A stretch of DNA of 64,000 nt, from the NCBI RefSeq assembly GCF_009914755.1, contig NC_060933.1. The stretch is one strand, 5' to 3'. The notes under the pieces were generated by a model. That model worked only from the letters and a program-made list of their open reading frames with translations, had not been told where the DNA came from and searched no databases. This DNA is from the human T2T-CHM13v2.0 reference genome, Homo sapiens. Made by a program: the position numbers and the translations under genes. This document shows, piece by piece, positions 27,100 through 40,114 of this stretch; position 1 is the first letter of the stretch, and every line of letters starts with the position of its first letter.

Positions 27100-30020
27100 A
27101 AAGAATTTAAGCCTTTACTCCAGGCAGATACCAAGGCTCAGAATGTGCCCTGCTAATGAATGAAGGTCTTCTCTGCCAGTTTGCAAATATTGGGAGAAGT
27201 GGTTGGGTTTTCAATTCTCAAAAAAAGATCACAAGGCATACAAAAAAAAAAGAAAACCATAACTTATTCAAAGAACCAAAATAAATCTCCAAGAATGATC
27301 CCTGATGAAACACATATTGGATTTACTAGACAAAGACTTTAAAACATCTGTCTTAAATATGGCCATAAAGCTAAATGAAAGTATGGATAAAGAACTAAAA
27401 GAACTCAGGAAAATGATATATAAACAAAATAAGAATATCAATAAAGAGATAGAAATTATTTTAAAAACCAACAGAAATTTTAGAGCTAAAAATACAGCAT
27501 AACACTGGCACCAAAGGCAAAGATGTTACAGAAAAAGAGAAGAATATAGATTTATATCCTTTATGAATATTGATGCAAAGACGTTCAACAAATACTCACA
27601 AATTGAATTTAACAATATATCAAAAGATTATACATGATGATCAAATGAGATTTATTCCTGGAATGCATGGCTAATTCAACATACAAAAAAACAATAAATG
27701 TAATACACCACATTAACAAAATAAAGGATTAAAAAAAGACCATTTCAAATACTGCAGAAAAAGCATTTGACAAAATTCAACACTCTTGCATGGTAAAAAC
27801 AGTCAACAAACTAGGAATACAAATAATGTACAACAAAATATAGGTGATATATGAAAATTCTATAGATAACATCATATGTAGATGAAAGAATTAAATTTTT
27901 TCATTTAAGACAATGAACAAAATAAGGATGCCTGCTTCTTCCACCTCTACTCAACATGAAGTTCTAGTTAGACCATTTAGGAAAGAAAAAGGAATAGAAG
28001 ATATTCAAATTGGAAGGAAAGAAATAAAATTATCCCTGTTCACAGACAATATGAACTTATATGTAGAAAACCCTAAAGATTTTATACACACAGACAAAAA
28101 TGCTATAATAGAATTAATAAATTCAGCAAAGCTGCAAGACACAAAACCAACATGCAAAAATCATTTGTGTTTCTGTACACTAACATTGATCAATCTGACA
28201 GGGAAATTTAAAAAAAAGAACTCCATTTAAAATAGCATCAAAAAGAAAAACAACACTTAGAGGAATAGACTTAACCAAAGATGTGAAAGGCTTGTACATT
28301 GAAAACTACAAAATGTTGCTGAAAGGAATAAAAGAAAACACAAAAAATGAAAAGACATCCTGTATTCATGGATGGAAAGGCTTAATATCGTTAAGATGTC
28401 AATGCTACCCAAAGTGATCTACAGATTCAATTCAATTCCTATCAAAATCCCAACAAAATTTTTTGCATACATAGAATAGTCCATTCTAAAATTTACATGT
28501 AATCTTTATTAGCCAAATAGCTACAATAATATTGAAAAGGGAGAAAAAATGTTGAAAGTCTCATACTTTTTTATTTCAAAACTTACCACAAAGCTATAGT
28601 AATCAATGTGATACTGTCAAAACCCAGTCACATAAACCAATGGAATCAAATAGAGGGTCCAGAAATAAACCCTCATGTGTATACTTTGGCAAGGATGCTA
28701 AGACCATGCAATAGGGAAAAGATAGGATTTTCAACAAATGGTCCTGGGAAACTGGATATTCACATGCAAGGAATTAAGTTGAACCCTTACCTTACGCCAT
28801 CTACAGAAATTAACCCAAAATGGAATAGAGACCTAAACATAAAACTAAACTAGAAAACTTACTGGGAAAAAACCTGCATGACATTGCATTTGGAAATAAT
28901 TTCTTGGATATGACATCAAAGCAAAGCAATAAAAAACAGATTAATTGCATTTCATCAAAATTAAAAACTTTTGTGCATCAAAGAACACATCAACAAAGTG
29001 TAAAGACAACCGACAGAATGGGGAAAAATATTTGCAAATCATTTATCTGATAAGGAATTGATATGCAGAATATATAAAGAACTCCTACAATGCAACAACA
29101 AAAAGACAAACAAGTCAGGAATGGTGGCACATGTCTGTAGTCCTAGCTACTTGGGAGGCTGAGATGAGAGGATTGTTTGATCCCAGGAGTTCAAGACCAG
29201 GCTGGGCAACACAGTGAAATCCTATCCTTAAAAAAAGACAAATTACCCAATATGGAAAAGAGCTTGAATAAACATTTTTCCCAAAAAGATATTCTAATGG
29301 CCAATAAGCATATGAAAAGAAAACCACAATGAGATGCCATTTGTCACCTATTAGGATGGCCACTATAAAAAACAAGAGAAAATATCAAGTGTTGGTAAGG
29401 ATGTGGGGAAATTGAAACCCTGTGGAGAAAGCGTGGCAGTTCCTCAAAAATTAAACACAGTATCAACACATGATCCAGTAATTCCACTTCTAGGTGCGTA
29501 CTTAAAGAAACTAAAAGTGAGGACTCAAGCAGATATTTGTACGCACATGTTTATAGCAGCATTGTCCACAATAGCCAAGGGTGGAAGTGACCCAGGTGTT
29601 TATTGACAGATGAATGGATAGACCAAAAGTAGTCTATCCATACAGGGAATGTTATTCAGCCTTATAAAGGAAGGAAATCCTGACACATGCTACAACACAG
29701 ATGAAACTTGAGGACATTGAGCTAAGTGAATAAGCCAGTCACGAAAGGACAAATAGTGTGATTCTGTATATACATGGTACCTCGATTAGTCTGATTCATT
29801 GAGACAGAAAGTAGAATGGTGGTTGCTGGGGCTCGGGGAGAAGGGAAATGTGGTTTAATGGGTATGAAATTTCATTTTGGGAAGACGAAATGTTTTGGGA
29901 ATGGATGGTGGTAGTGGTTGGACAACCACGTGAATGTACTTAATGCCACAGGAATGTACACATAAAATTGGCTAAAACGGTAAATTTTATGTTATCTATA
30001 TTTTACCACGATTTTTTTAA
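27100..30020 (+). mobile_element. L1MB-like element: ORF1 fragment, ORF2 3' half and 3' end
   Basis: ORF pieces IKLSLFTDNMNLYVENPK and HMFIAAL; 3' end gagacagaaagtagaatggtggttg..gtgaatgtacttaatgccac. Confidence 0.85.
29113..29237 (+). mobile_element. Free Alu monomer (FLAM/FAM-like)
   Basis: Single ~125-bp monomer with A tail; TSD aaaaagacaaa. Confidence 0.8.
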
Positions 30021-30371
30021 AAAAGAGAAAAAAAGCTTTCCACAAAAACATACTCCAGAATCAGATGACTTTGCAGGTGAATTCTATCAAATCATATCAG
30101 TCCTTCACAAACTCTGAGAAAAGAGAAGAGAAATTTATTGTAGGAGGCCAGCATTATCCCAGTGACAGAGCTAGACAAACACATCACAAGAAAAGAAACG
30201 TACAGAACAAAACCCCCAGTAAAGAGAGACAGCAAACTTCACAGCGAAATATTAGCAACCTAGCTGCACATAAAAAGTATTATTTACCATGACCAGATAA
30301 GATTATCCCATAAGTTCTTTACCCTGGAATCAGGAACAGGATAAGGATGTCCACTTTACCAGTGCTATTCA

Positions 30372-30755
<384 letters not shown>

Positions 30756-31577
30756 GAGTTCTTGCTCTATTCATGAGGGATAGTGGTAAGGAAGATTACT
30801 TGAATATGTAGACTTTGATTCTGGGGGTCCTGAACCAAAGATCACAACTGGTGAAAAAAAAAAAAAACACCCAAGACTTCTAAATCTGAGGATGTCACTG
30901 TGATTGAACATATTGTTTGGTATGATGTATAACAGTGCATCAAAGCCAGTGAAGAAAGGAGCAAATAGAATTGGTAAAAGTTCATAATACAGCAAGCCTA
31001 ACAAGAAACAGTTAATTTGGGAATCTCAGCTTAAACTTTTGACCTTTTGAAGAGAAGAAATGTTCGTGCCATATCACTCACTGTCTGGTAGCCCCTGTGC
31101 CATTGACCCTACCTTGGAGAGTTTGTGTGAAATAAAATGAGATTCCCTTTGCTCTGCCCCACTGTGAGTCACCAGGGTGCCTTGGAAGTGGCAGAGTCTG
31201 GTTGGAGCAGGTGAAGTGAGAGTGAGTCTGGAACACACTGCTGTTGTCGGAAAGCAAAGATGCCACCACAGCCAGACCTAGGGGGTGTGAAAATGGAAAA
31301 ATAGTGACCATCCTGACAACAGGGTCCCAGTAGTAATGACTTGAACATTAACAAGGAAGCAAAGATTTTGGCCCATTGGAATCAGTTGAGTGTGTGGAAG
31401 GCCACAGTTCTTGCTATGGTGGGAAAAGGGCAAATCACATCCACTGTGCCGGAGCAGAGGCTCTCCTGCTAGTGTGTTCGTGCATCAATGCCTGGGTTTC
31501 TTCCCCAGTGTCAAAAAGGGACAAATCTTACCACTGCTTTTCGCCTTTTTAAGAAAAGTGAAACGATTTGTTGAATT

Positions 31578-32387
31578 CAGTGCTTCTCAAAGTGTGGTTC
31601 ATTGATCCCTGGGGTTCCACAAGGTCAAATATTTTTATAATAATAATAAGATGTGATTTGTTTTTCTCAGTCTCATCCTTTGGTGAGTGTACAGTAAAGA
31701 TTTCCAGAGGCCACATGACCTGTGATATCACAACAGATTAAATGCAGGAGTAGATACGAAAATTCCACTCTGTGTGTACTATGCAGACATTTAAAAGTTT
31801 CACAAAACTGTAAACTAATGCCACTCTGTCTGGAATTTTTTTTTTTTTTTTTTTTTTGACGGAGTCTCACTCTGTCACCCAGGCTGGAGTGCAGTGGTGT
31901 GATCTTGGCTCACTGCAACTTCTGCCTCCTGGGTTCAAGTGATTCTCCTGCCTTAGTCTCCTGAGTAGCTGGGATTACAGGCACCCACCACCACACCTGG
32001 CTGATTTTTTTTTTTTTTTTTTTTGTATTTTTAGTAGAGACGGTGTTTTGCCATGTTGGCCAGGCTGGTCTTGAACCCCTGACCTCAGGTGATCCATCCG
32101 CCTTGGCCTCCCAAAGTGTTACAGGAGTGAGCCACAGCACCCAGCCTGGAATTTTTTTTAACTTAAAATATGTTATTTTTTAACTTAAAATATGTTATTT
32201 GTGTTAGCAAACAATGGGTTTATATATTATTATTAAATAAATCAAGTGCATATCTTTTATTGTCTCCGTTTTAATTTCTAGTACAGTAACTATCAGTAAA
32301 CAAACAATAAACAAAGGTTTTTGGAGGCCCTCAATAGTTCTTAAGATCATAAAGGGATCCTGAGACCAAAAACTGTGAGAAACACTG
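31578..32387. mobile_element. MER119-like hAT-Charlie element with nested Alu
   Basis: Terminal inverted repeats cagtgcttctca / tgagaaacactg; internal gagtgtacagt..ttccagaggc.acatga..tgtgatatcacaacagatt. Confidence 0.8.
31836..32146 (-). mobile_element. AluS-type SINE
   Basis: Antisense Alu; TSD tggaattttt. Confidence 0.93.
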
Positions 32388-32899
32388 GTTTGCTCCACTT
32401 TCTTCTTCTTGCCTTTCAAGTTCACATATTTATTGCAGTGGGAGGCACGGGCATTTGTTGTTTCTGTCTTCTATGCAAGAAATGCCTTAAAAGAAAGAAA
32501 GGAAAATCAGCCCCACTTTAGAATGGCCTGCAGCCCCTTTGGAGGGCTGGGGAGGGGTGTTCCATGCATCTGGAAAATGCAAGGACCTGTAAGAACTAAG
32601 GAATGCTCTACAGTCATTGGGCACACTCACAGCTCATCTCCAGAAAAGCATGGGGGTCTAGGGGGACATGACTGCCCCCAGAACACCAAGGGTGGGTGAG
32701 GGGCTTCACAAAGCACTGATGGAATCCTTCCTCCAACCAGATGACCACATCATCTATCTGGGAGCCTTCATGGGGACTTGGGGTCAGGCTGCAGGGCTCT
32801 CTGCTCTAAATGGACACTACACGTACATTTTGCTTACATTTAAGGGAGCTCGCATGCCTCCCCAGTGTCTGTTCAACTCTTCTCGTCCATCATAACACC

Positions 32900-33330
32900 T
32901 TTCAATAACCACAGAGATTGACAAGCTCTATCACAGAGCAATTACAAACCACAACAGAACGTTGTCAGAAATGGACATGACTTTTATCAGCAGGCAGTCT
33001 TCTGACAGAACTTACTTAACCCTCTCCTTTAAAGGGTCTCTTGAAATCTCTGGGTTCCTCCCTCCCGAAAGTGAGAAAAGCCTGTCAGATAAGGAAATTT
33101 TCAGGAATGCCTTATTTAAACAACAGCGCCACTGACAGAAGTGTTACACAACAACTAACAATAGATGGTATTTGAAAAGAAAAAGTGCTCCAGAGAAGAT
33201 CAGGCAAACTAGTAAACATCTGCAGGAAGTGAATTCTCCTCCCCAGTTGTAGAGACTCATCTTGCTGTCAGAGAAGAGAGAGGTAAGATTTAGCAGTGTT
33301 AGATAAGGGAAGGTATAGGAAGTCCAAAAT
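32900..33330. promoter_or_regulatory. Candidate enhancer (GATA/RUNX/ETS/MEIS motif cluster)
   Basis: Motif content only, in apparently repeat-free sequence; see findings. Confidence 0.4.
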
Positions 33331-33769
33331 TGTAACCTTCAAACTATTTTGGATTCTGAGAACAAGATAGTACTCAACATAATTAAAATTTTCGGAAACT
33401 TAAAGTGGGCCAAGGAAAAGCAATTGATTGCTTACAGTGCACACCATGAATCCACAAAACTGAAATTTACCCCCAGAAATAGATACCAATAAGAGCCATT
33501 GGCTAACAGTCCTGCTCAATGGCATAGATCTTCTAAGAGTGACAGCATATGGGGAGGTCACTTTTAATGTTTCCCAAGTCTTTCGAAATCTGTGGCAAGA
33601 TGTTTTATTAGGAATTGGGTGTAGCCTAACCAGACATTCGGGAGAGCCCTCATCAGGCAGAGAGAAAGCATATATAGGGTGGGGTCTGTAAGGTGGGGGG
33701 GTCTGGGAGGGTGGGAGTGTGGGAGCCTCTTGTGCTCATGTGCTTTCTTTGCTGCTTAGTGTGCAATAT

Positions 33770-34095
33770 TTATTTACTTATTTTTATTTTTATCTTTTTT
33801 GAGACAAAGTCTGGCTCTCTTGCCCAGGCTTGAGCACAGTGATATGATGTCCACTCACTGCAACCTCCATCTCCCAGGCTCAAGTGATCATCCTGCCTCA
33901 GCCTCTTGAGTAGCTGGGACTACAGGTGTGCACCACCATGCCTAGCTAATTTTTGTATTTTTGGTAAAGACAGGGTTTTGCCATGTTGTTCCTGGGCTCA
34001 AGCGATGCACCTGCCCTGTTCTTGGGCTTAAACAATGCACCTGCCCCTGCCTCCCAAAGAGCTAGGATTACACACGTGAGCCACCGCACCTGGCT
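33770..34095 (-). mobile_element. AluJ-type SINE with an internal 30-bp tandem duplication
   Basis: Unit tgttcYtgggctYaaRcRatgcacctgccc at 33987-34016 and 34017-34046. Confidence 0.88.
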
Positions 34096-34104
34096 GCTGA
34101 TACC

Positions 34105-34165
34105 CAATATTAGCATGGTGTTTGGCATGCAACAGGTGCTCAGTAGACACTTCATGAATGAGTGA
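34105..34165 (+). mobile_element. L2 3' end
   Basis: tagcatggtgtttggcatgcaacaggtgctcagta..tgaatgagtga. Confidence 0.6.
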
Positions 34166-34624
34166 GGATGGTGTTATTGCATTGGATCTTACCCTAAAAA
34201 GAAAGAAATGGAAATCAGGGAACAGCTATGAGAAGGAGATTGGGGAGGAAGAAGGATACATTTAGCAACATTTTATTACTTTTCCAGGATCAACACACCC
34301 TGGAGGTGCTCTCTCACTGTCTGGGATGTTCTACGCCCTTGGGGTTTAGGCCCTGTGGCTACTTTCTCAGTCTTCTTTGGTGCTCTGGGAAAGTTTTGTA
34401 AAGGACTTACTTTTATCTCTCTCTTTTAAATTGTTCTCTTTAAATGTTTTGAAAAGCAAAAAGTACTAGAAGTGGGCTTGAAAGGAACTTAATGCCAGCT
34501 AATGGACAACTCAGTCAAATTAGATGAAGATTGTGTTACAGAGCTGAGAAGAGGTAGTCAGATGGCGGAAACAATCTCCTCCTGATTGGGGAAAAGAAAT
34601 CAGGGCATGTGCATGCAGTGTGTC

Positions 34625-34735
34625 CGTCTTCCGGTTTCTATTTATGAATCATACCTACTTCATCATCTCTGTGGGGAATAAATGAGATAAATAAAAAGTG
34701 CTTAGTGTGCAATATATTCTTAGTGAATATTAGTG
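34625..34735 (+). mobile_element. MIR fragment
   Basis: atacctacttcat..gtggggaataaatgagataa..aaagtgcttag. Confidence 0.55.
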
Positions 34736-34792
34736 CCTCTCCTTCCTTCCTTGATTTGAAGAAGGGAGTGGAGTCCTCATATGCTTTTCACA

Positions 34793-35340
34793 TTTTATTT
34801 TAATAGACTTTATTTTGTAGCACAGTGTTAGGTTGAAGGAAAAATTGCACAGAAAAGTACAAAGAGTTCCTATATACCTCCTCTCCCACATCCACACTCC
34901 CTGTTATTAACATAGTGCCTTAGTGTGGTACATTTATTACAACTGATGAACCGATATTGATACATTATGGTTAAGTAAAGTCCACAGACTACATTAGCAT
35001 TCACTCTTCCTGTTGTACATTCTACAGGTTTTGCCAAGTGCATAATGTCATGTATCCATCATTACAGTATCAGAAGGAATAGCTTCACTGCCCTAAAGAC
35101 CCCCTGCACTCCGCCTAGTCATCCCTCCCTCCCCTTGAACCTCTGGCAACCTCTGACCTTTTAACTGTCTATAATTTTGCCATTTCCAGAATGTCATGTA
35201 GTTGGAATTATACCGAATGCAGCCTTTTTAGACTGGTTTCTTTTACTTAGCAATATGTATTTACAGTTCCTCCATGAATATTTGTGACTTGATAGCTCAT
35301 TTCTCTTTATACCTGAGTAATAATCTATGAGTCCATTATA
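34793..35340 (-). mobile_element. L1MC/MD 3' end
   Basis: ttttaatagactttattt..aagtacaaagagttcc..gatgaaccgatattgatacattat..ccagaatgtcatgtagttggaat. Confidence 0.8.
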
Positions 35341-35689
35341 TGGACTTATATGCATTTTTAATACCAATTATCTACTGTCATCTTAAGCACTGGAGTTGAG
35401 GTAGAATGCATAGCTTTAAGCACTATGGCTAGGGAAAATCTGACCTCTCCAAGAGGCAATATACATGTAGTTGTTAAAAACATTGCTTTTGCTGTTAAAC
35501 ATACCTGAGTGTAGCAATATTCAACATCCGAAAAGTATGTATTGAACATGGTGTATAACCAGTGTTGCGTCTGACACTCCCGGCCCTGCAGATAGAGTGG
35601 GAGCAACACAGACACAGTCCCTGTGTTGCTGTCCCGCTGGCCCTGCCTCCCACCCCACAGATGTTCTGTCTGTTTCACACCCGCCTGTA

Positions 35690-35925
35690 CTTACTCTGCA
35701 CCAGGAACTGTCTGACATGCCTCATAAATACTGACTCATTTAATCCTCAAAACGACCTTATGAGTCAGTCCCATTATTAGTGCCATTTTACAGATACGGA
35801 AACTGAGGCACAGAATATTAAGTTACTTGCTCTCCATTCCCCTACTACTAAGCAGCAGGGGTGGGATTCAGACTCAGGCAGTGTGGCTTTAGAGTCTCCT
35901 TCCTAACAATGGAACTATGCTGCCT
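35690..35925 (-). mobile_element. MIR
   Basis: ctcatttaatcctca..ccattttacagat.ggaaactgaggcacaga..ggattcagactcaggcagt. Confidence 0.8.
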
Positions 35926-36928
35926 TGAGCGGAAGGCCAACACGAGGGTGGAGAATTAGGTAGGCGATAGCAACACAGCGTGTTTGGCCCACGCTTCACC
36001 TGGTTGTCATTGCAGAGGGGCGAGGGGAGTGGTCAGGAAAAACTAGCTGGGCGAAGCAGCACTGTCGTGTGCTCTGAAATACATTAAAGCCTGATGGGCA
36101 TTTCCTAAAGTGTGAATGAGACTCAATTCTTGACTTCTCCGTGCCTCGTGTCCCCCCGGTAATGAGAGCAGCCGCCTTACAGGTTGTGAGGTCTGAGTGA
36201 GAAATAAACGGTGCCATGGGAAGACAGCCACACTCGCTAGCTGTGATGAGGAGCGTAAGGACCAGGTCCTGACTTCCTGCAGGCTCTCACTTGGCCCTTG
36301 TCTGAGTCCTTGGGCTGGTGTCCACTGCTGGGGAAGAAGGCAGAGTAGGGGAAAGAAGGAAGCTCAGAAACAAGGTACAGGGGGCTGCCTGCAGACTACT
36401 TAAGAGCATCAGTTTGCTTCTTAAACTGATACACTGGCTCTGAAGTCAGTGCCAGAAGAGCTCCAGAATGGTTTCTAGTGGTGGTATCCTAAACACACAC
36501 ACTTCCAGGGGGCAGTTTTGATGCAGAACCCTCATTTGGACTTTTTCTTTTTTTTTTTTTTTTTTTTTAAGCAAACCTCTCTTTGCTTTATACCAGATTG
36601 CATAGACAGCCTTTTAGAAATCACTCAGAAAATGTGCCTTCCTCCAGTCACTGTAGTTCACCATAATAATGTGAAATGTAGGACCTGTGGATTGACTTTA
36701 TGAGTCCAGGACCTATGTTAGCACTGCATTCCTTTGAGTCTGGTCATCTTCAAGCCAAAGCCAGTAACAGTGCAGGCTTGCTCACCCACCTGAGCCTGCA
36801 GCTGGTCCTGAGCTTTCTCCCAACAATCCCCTCAGATCTGTGTCTGAAAATGCATCTGTAACAGTGATGGCATTCCCTCATCATATGACACTTTGTATTT
36901 TATTTGTATAAAATAAAGCCAGAGTTAC

Positions 36929-37040
36929 TGTATTAGGCAGGGTTCTCCAAAGAACTAGAACCAATGGAGATATATAAATATATGTATGTGTGTATATATG
37001 TGAATTTATATCTGTGTGTGTATATATATATTATATTATA
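36929..37040 (-). mobile_element. MLT2 terminal fragment with TA/TG microsatellite
   Basis: tgtattaggcagggttctccaaagaac..aaccaatggagatatat. Confidence 0.6.
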
Positions 37041-37336
37041 TACAATACCTGATGTCACACCATTCAGAATTCAGTAAATGTGTTAACTTTTGTCACTCCT
37101 ATAAAGTCAGGCATTGGGTCCTAAACATGTATTAGAACATGTCAATTACCTTTTTGTGTTATGCTCTGTATTAACAGCCTGAACCAAGGAGCGCTATAAA
37201 GGCTTTGCTTTCCCCTCATTAGTGGCTGACTTTGCACGTTATTTCTCATCTGGACATTGGATTCTGCAAGTCCTCCATTTATGGTAAGGAATGGTAGTTT
37301 CGTTTGTCTGGTTTAGGTAGATTTTATTGTTGTTTA

Positions 37337-37415
37337 CTTTCAGATTTCATAAAAATATGTTACTTTCAGATTTCATAAAATATAAAAATTTCAGATTTCA
37401 TAAAAGTATGTTAAA
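37337..37415. repeat. Irregular tandem repeat (tttcagatttcataaaa x3)
   Basis: Three exact 17-bp copies with variable spacers. Confidence 0.85.
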
Positions 37416-39129
37416 AATATACTAAAAAATATTTTTGGACATATGGGCAAAGGGGCAGACAAGGATACTTTAACATTAAAGACTTTCTTGGGCCTGATGT
37501 CTTAACCGTCCCAGAGGGATCTGTACTGACCCACCTCCACTCTCCCAAACAGTAATTATTCAGAAAATATAATCAATGCAGATTGTAAAGATTAAAAAAC
37601 ATGAATGATTTAAACTAAGTATTATTTCCCTTTGGAGGACACACATGCACACCTGCACAAGTGCATATGTGCACACACTTCATCCTATTTAACAGGAAAA
37701 TTGTTGGAAGCCTACTTCTTTATGGAAGAGCTCCATTTTGTATTCCTTGTTACCTGTGGAGACAAACTTAATACATGATTTCTAAGATGGTATATTCAAG
37801 AGCCATTCTCTGTGACTTTTCAGGCTCAGATTTAATGGCTAGTGATGTAGTGAAAGCCTGGGGCAGCTCATGATGAGGACCCTCAGTTTCTCAGCATGAG
37901 GCTCTATCTCACTGGCCACTCCACTGTCAGTAATAACCACCATCGAAAATTGAAGTCCCCTAGCAAAACACGCCCATTGCTGTTACTTCATTTTGTCTCT
38001 GAGACAAAGGTCTTTAATTGGAGGACACCCTCAGAAGTGTTGGGCAGTCACCTGGCCTTGATGCCTTTATCATCATGGGGAAGCCTGCACTGACCACCTC
38101 CAATCTCCTGCTAACTCCACTCCAGCCTAACAAAGCAGAAGCCGAGAGAAGCCCTCTGCGCAGACACGCAGCATCTGGGGTGCCAACTTCACACTCTTTC
38201 TTGTCAAGGCCCTGGCACTATTCTTACTCTTCCTAAAGAAAGACTTAGTGTTTCAGAAGGATGTACAGCATGGGTTCAGCCCAAGAAACACAGTGAGTGG
38301 CCATTTAATCAAAAACTAATATAAATAGCTTAAAGAGTGAAAGGATTATTCCAATAAGGGCTGAGTCTATTTTTCTATAAGGAGTGAAGCCAGGGAGCTG
38401 AAGCAGCCCAGTTACTCACAACCACAGAAATGACCTATACTGAAGACACTCCACTGAGTCACTGTTTAACCACCTAGGCCCCTCGGCAGGAGGGGACTCT
38501 GCTGACAAGCCTTTGGGGTCAGTCCTGAGACAACACCTTGATATGTGGCCCAGTGGGTAGCAAAGAATTCTGAGGTGTTCAACATTCCCCAGTTGAAAAT
38601 GCATTGAGGGGTAGAAGCACTATGGAAGGCCAGGGTCACAAAGTGTGAGTGCTGAAGGCCGACTTGTTTATGGTGTCTGAGTCTCACATTGCTGCTGTCC
38701 TATGTAAACAAATGTTAGCAGGGCCCCATGGAAGTGAGCAGGCTTACACGCCTTTGGGAGGGGCATGCACCAGCATGACTCTTCAGGAGGCCAGCTTGGC
38801 AGTGTGTCTTAGAAGCCCTTTGACACAGCGATTTACGTGGAAGAGTTTATGAGACACAAATTGCTGCATGATTTATACAATAGAGTTTGAAAAGATGTGA
38901 AACACAGGCATGATACAAATAAATTATGTACCTCTATCCAGTAAAACACTCTATAGTCCTAAAACATTACATGCTAGAAGAACATTTAAGGACAGAAAAA
39001 AAATTCACCATGTATAGTTAAGTAAAAAGTGTATGAAACAGTATCACCCTGATTCCATTTTAAATTATTTAAAATGCCAAATTAAAGTTTAAAAATTAAA
39101 ATTAAAAAGTGTCTAGATACATGATTAAC

Positions 39130-39718
39130 AAGATTTTAAACAAGTCCCTTGAGATTTCATTCCCTTACCCCCAGAACTTGTGAACAGGGTGAGGTATCAC
39201 TCCATGATTATGTTATGCTATATAGCACAGTTGCTCTTAATACAGAAAGATTCTCCTCGTGGGCCTGACATAATCACATGAGACCCTTTAAAAGCAGAGA
39301 ATCTTTCAGGCTGTTTGAGGAAAGGAAGCCAGAGAGATTTGAAGCATGAGAAGTGGTCAATGCACCGCTGTTGGTGTGAACCTGGAGGAAGCAGGTGAGG
39401 AGGGAATCAGACAACCTTAAAGAGCTGAGAGATGGGGAGCTGACAGTTCGCCAGGATACGAGGATCTCTGTCCTGCAGATGCAAGGACTTGAACTTGGTC
39501 AAGAACCCAGTGATATTGGAAGCAGATTCTTCCCCAGAGCCTCCATGGAAGAGCCTAGCCTGGCCAACGCCTCAATATCATCTTGGGAGACACTGCACAG
39601 AGAACCCAGTCAAGCCATGCAGAACTTCGGATCTACAGAACTGTGAGCTAATAAATCTGTATTGCTTAAAGCTACATATGTGTGGTAATTTGTTACACAG
39701 AAATGGGATACTAATGCA
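39130..39718 (+). mobile_element. MLT1E/F-like LTR
   Basis: gggcctgacataatcacatgagaccctttaaaagcagag; agattcttccccagagcctcc; acagaactgtgagctaataaat. Confidence 0.8.
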
Positions 39719-40114
39719 AAAAAAAAAAAGCACAGAAAAGACTAAAAGATGAGAATCTAAAACAATAATAGCAGCCAGTCTCAGTAATAGAATGCTTCCA
39801 TTATTGTGGATCTTATGTGATGGGTATGGGCTCTCTTTGAATTCAGGAAAAAGACATATTTTAATAAGCAGAAAAATGCATAATTATATCTTTACAAAAG
39901 AAAAAGATAAAATAATGTGTATGGTATTCATTCAGAAAGGGTAGATTTAAAAGGAGAAAAAACTTCTTTCTCTAACTTACCAATTATATCCAGGGATTCT
40001 TTGTGTTAAAAGATTTTCTTAATTCAGGAAGTTCACTTAGGAAAAGTGAGACAGTTTATAAGTGTGTCACTTTATATATGGTCATTTCTTTGTCCCATAC
40101 AGGCACTCAAAAAT

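Noticed and set aside
32150-32200. Tandem duplication tttttaacttaaaatatgtta x2
   Set aside because: Ordinary slippage duplication beside an Alu; no wider significance.
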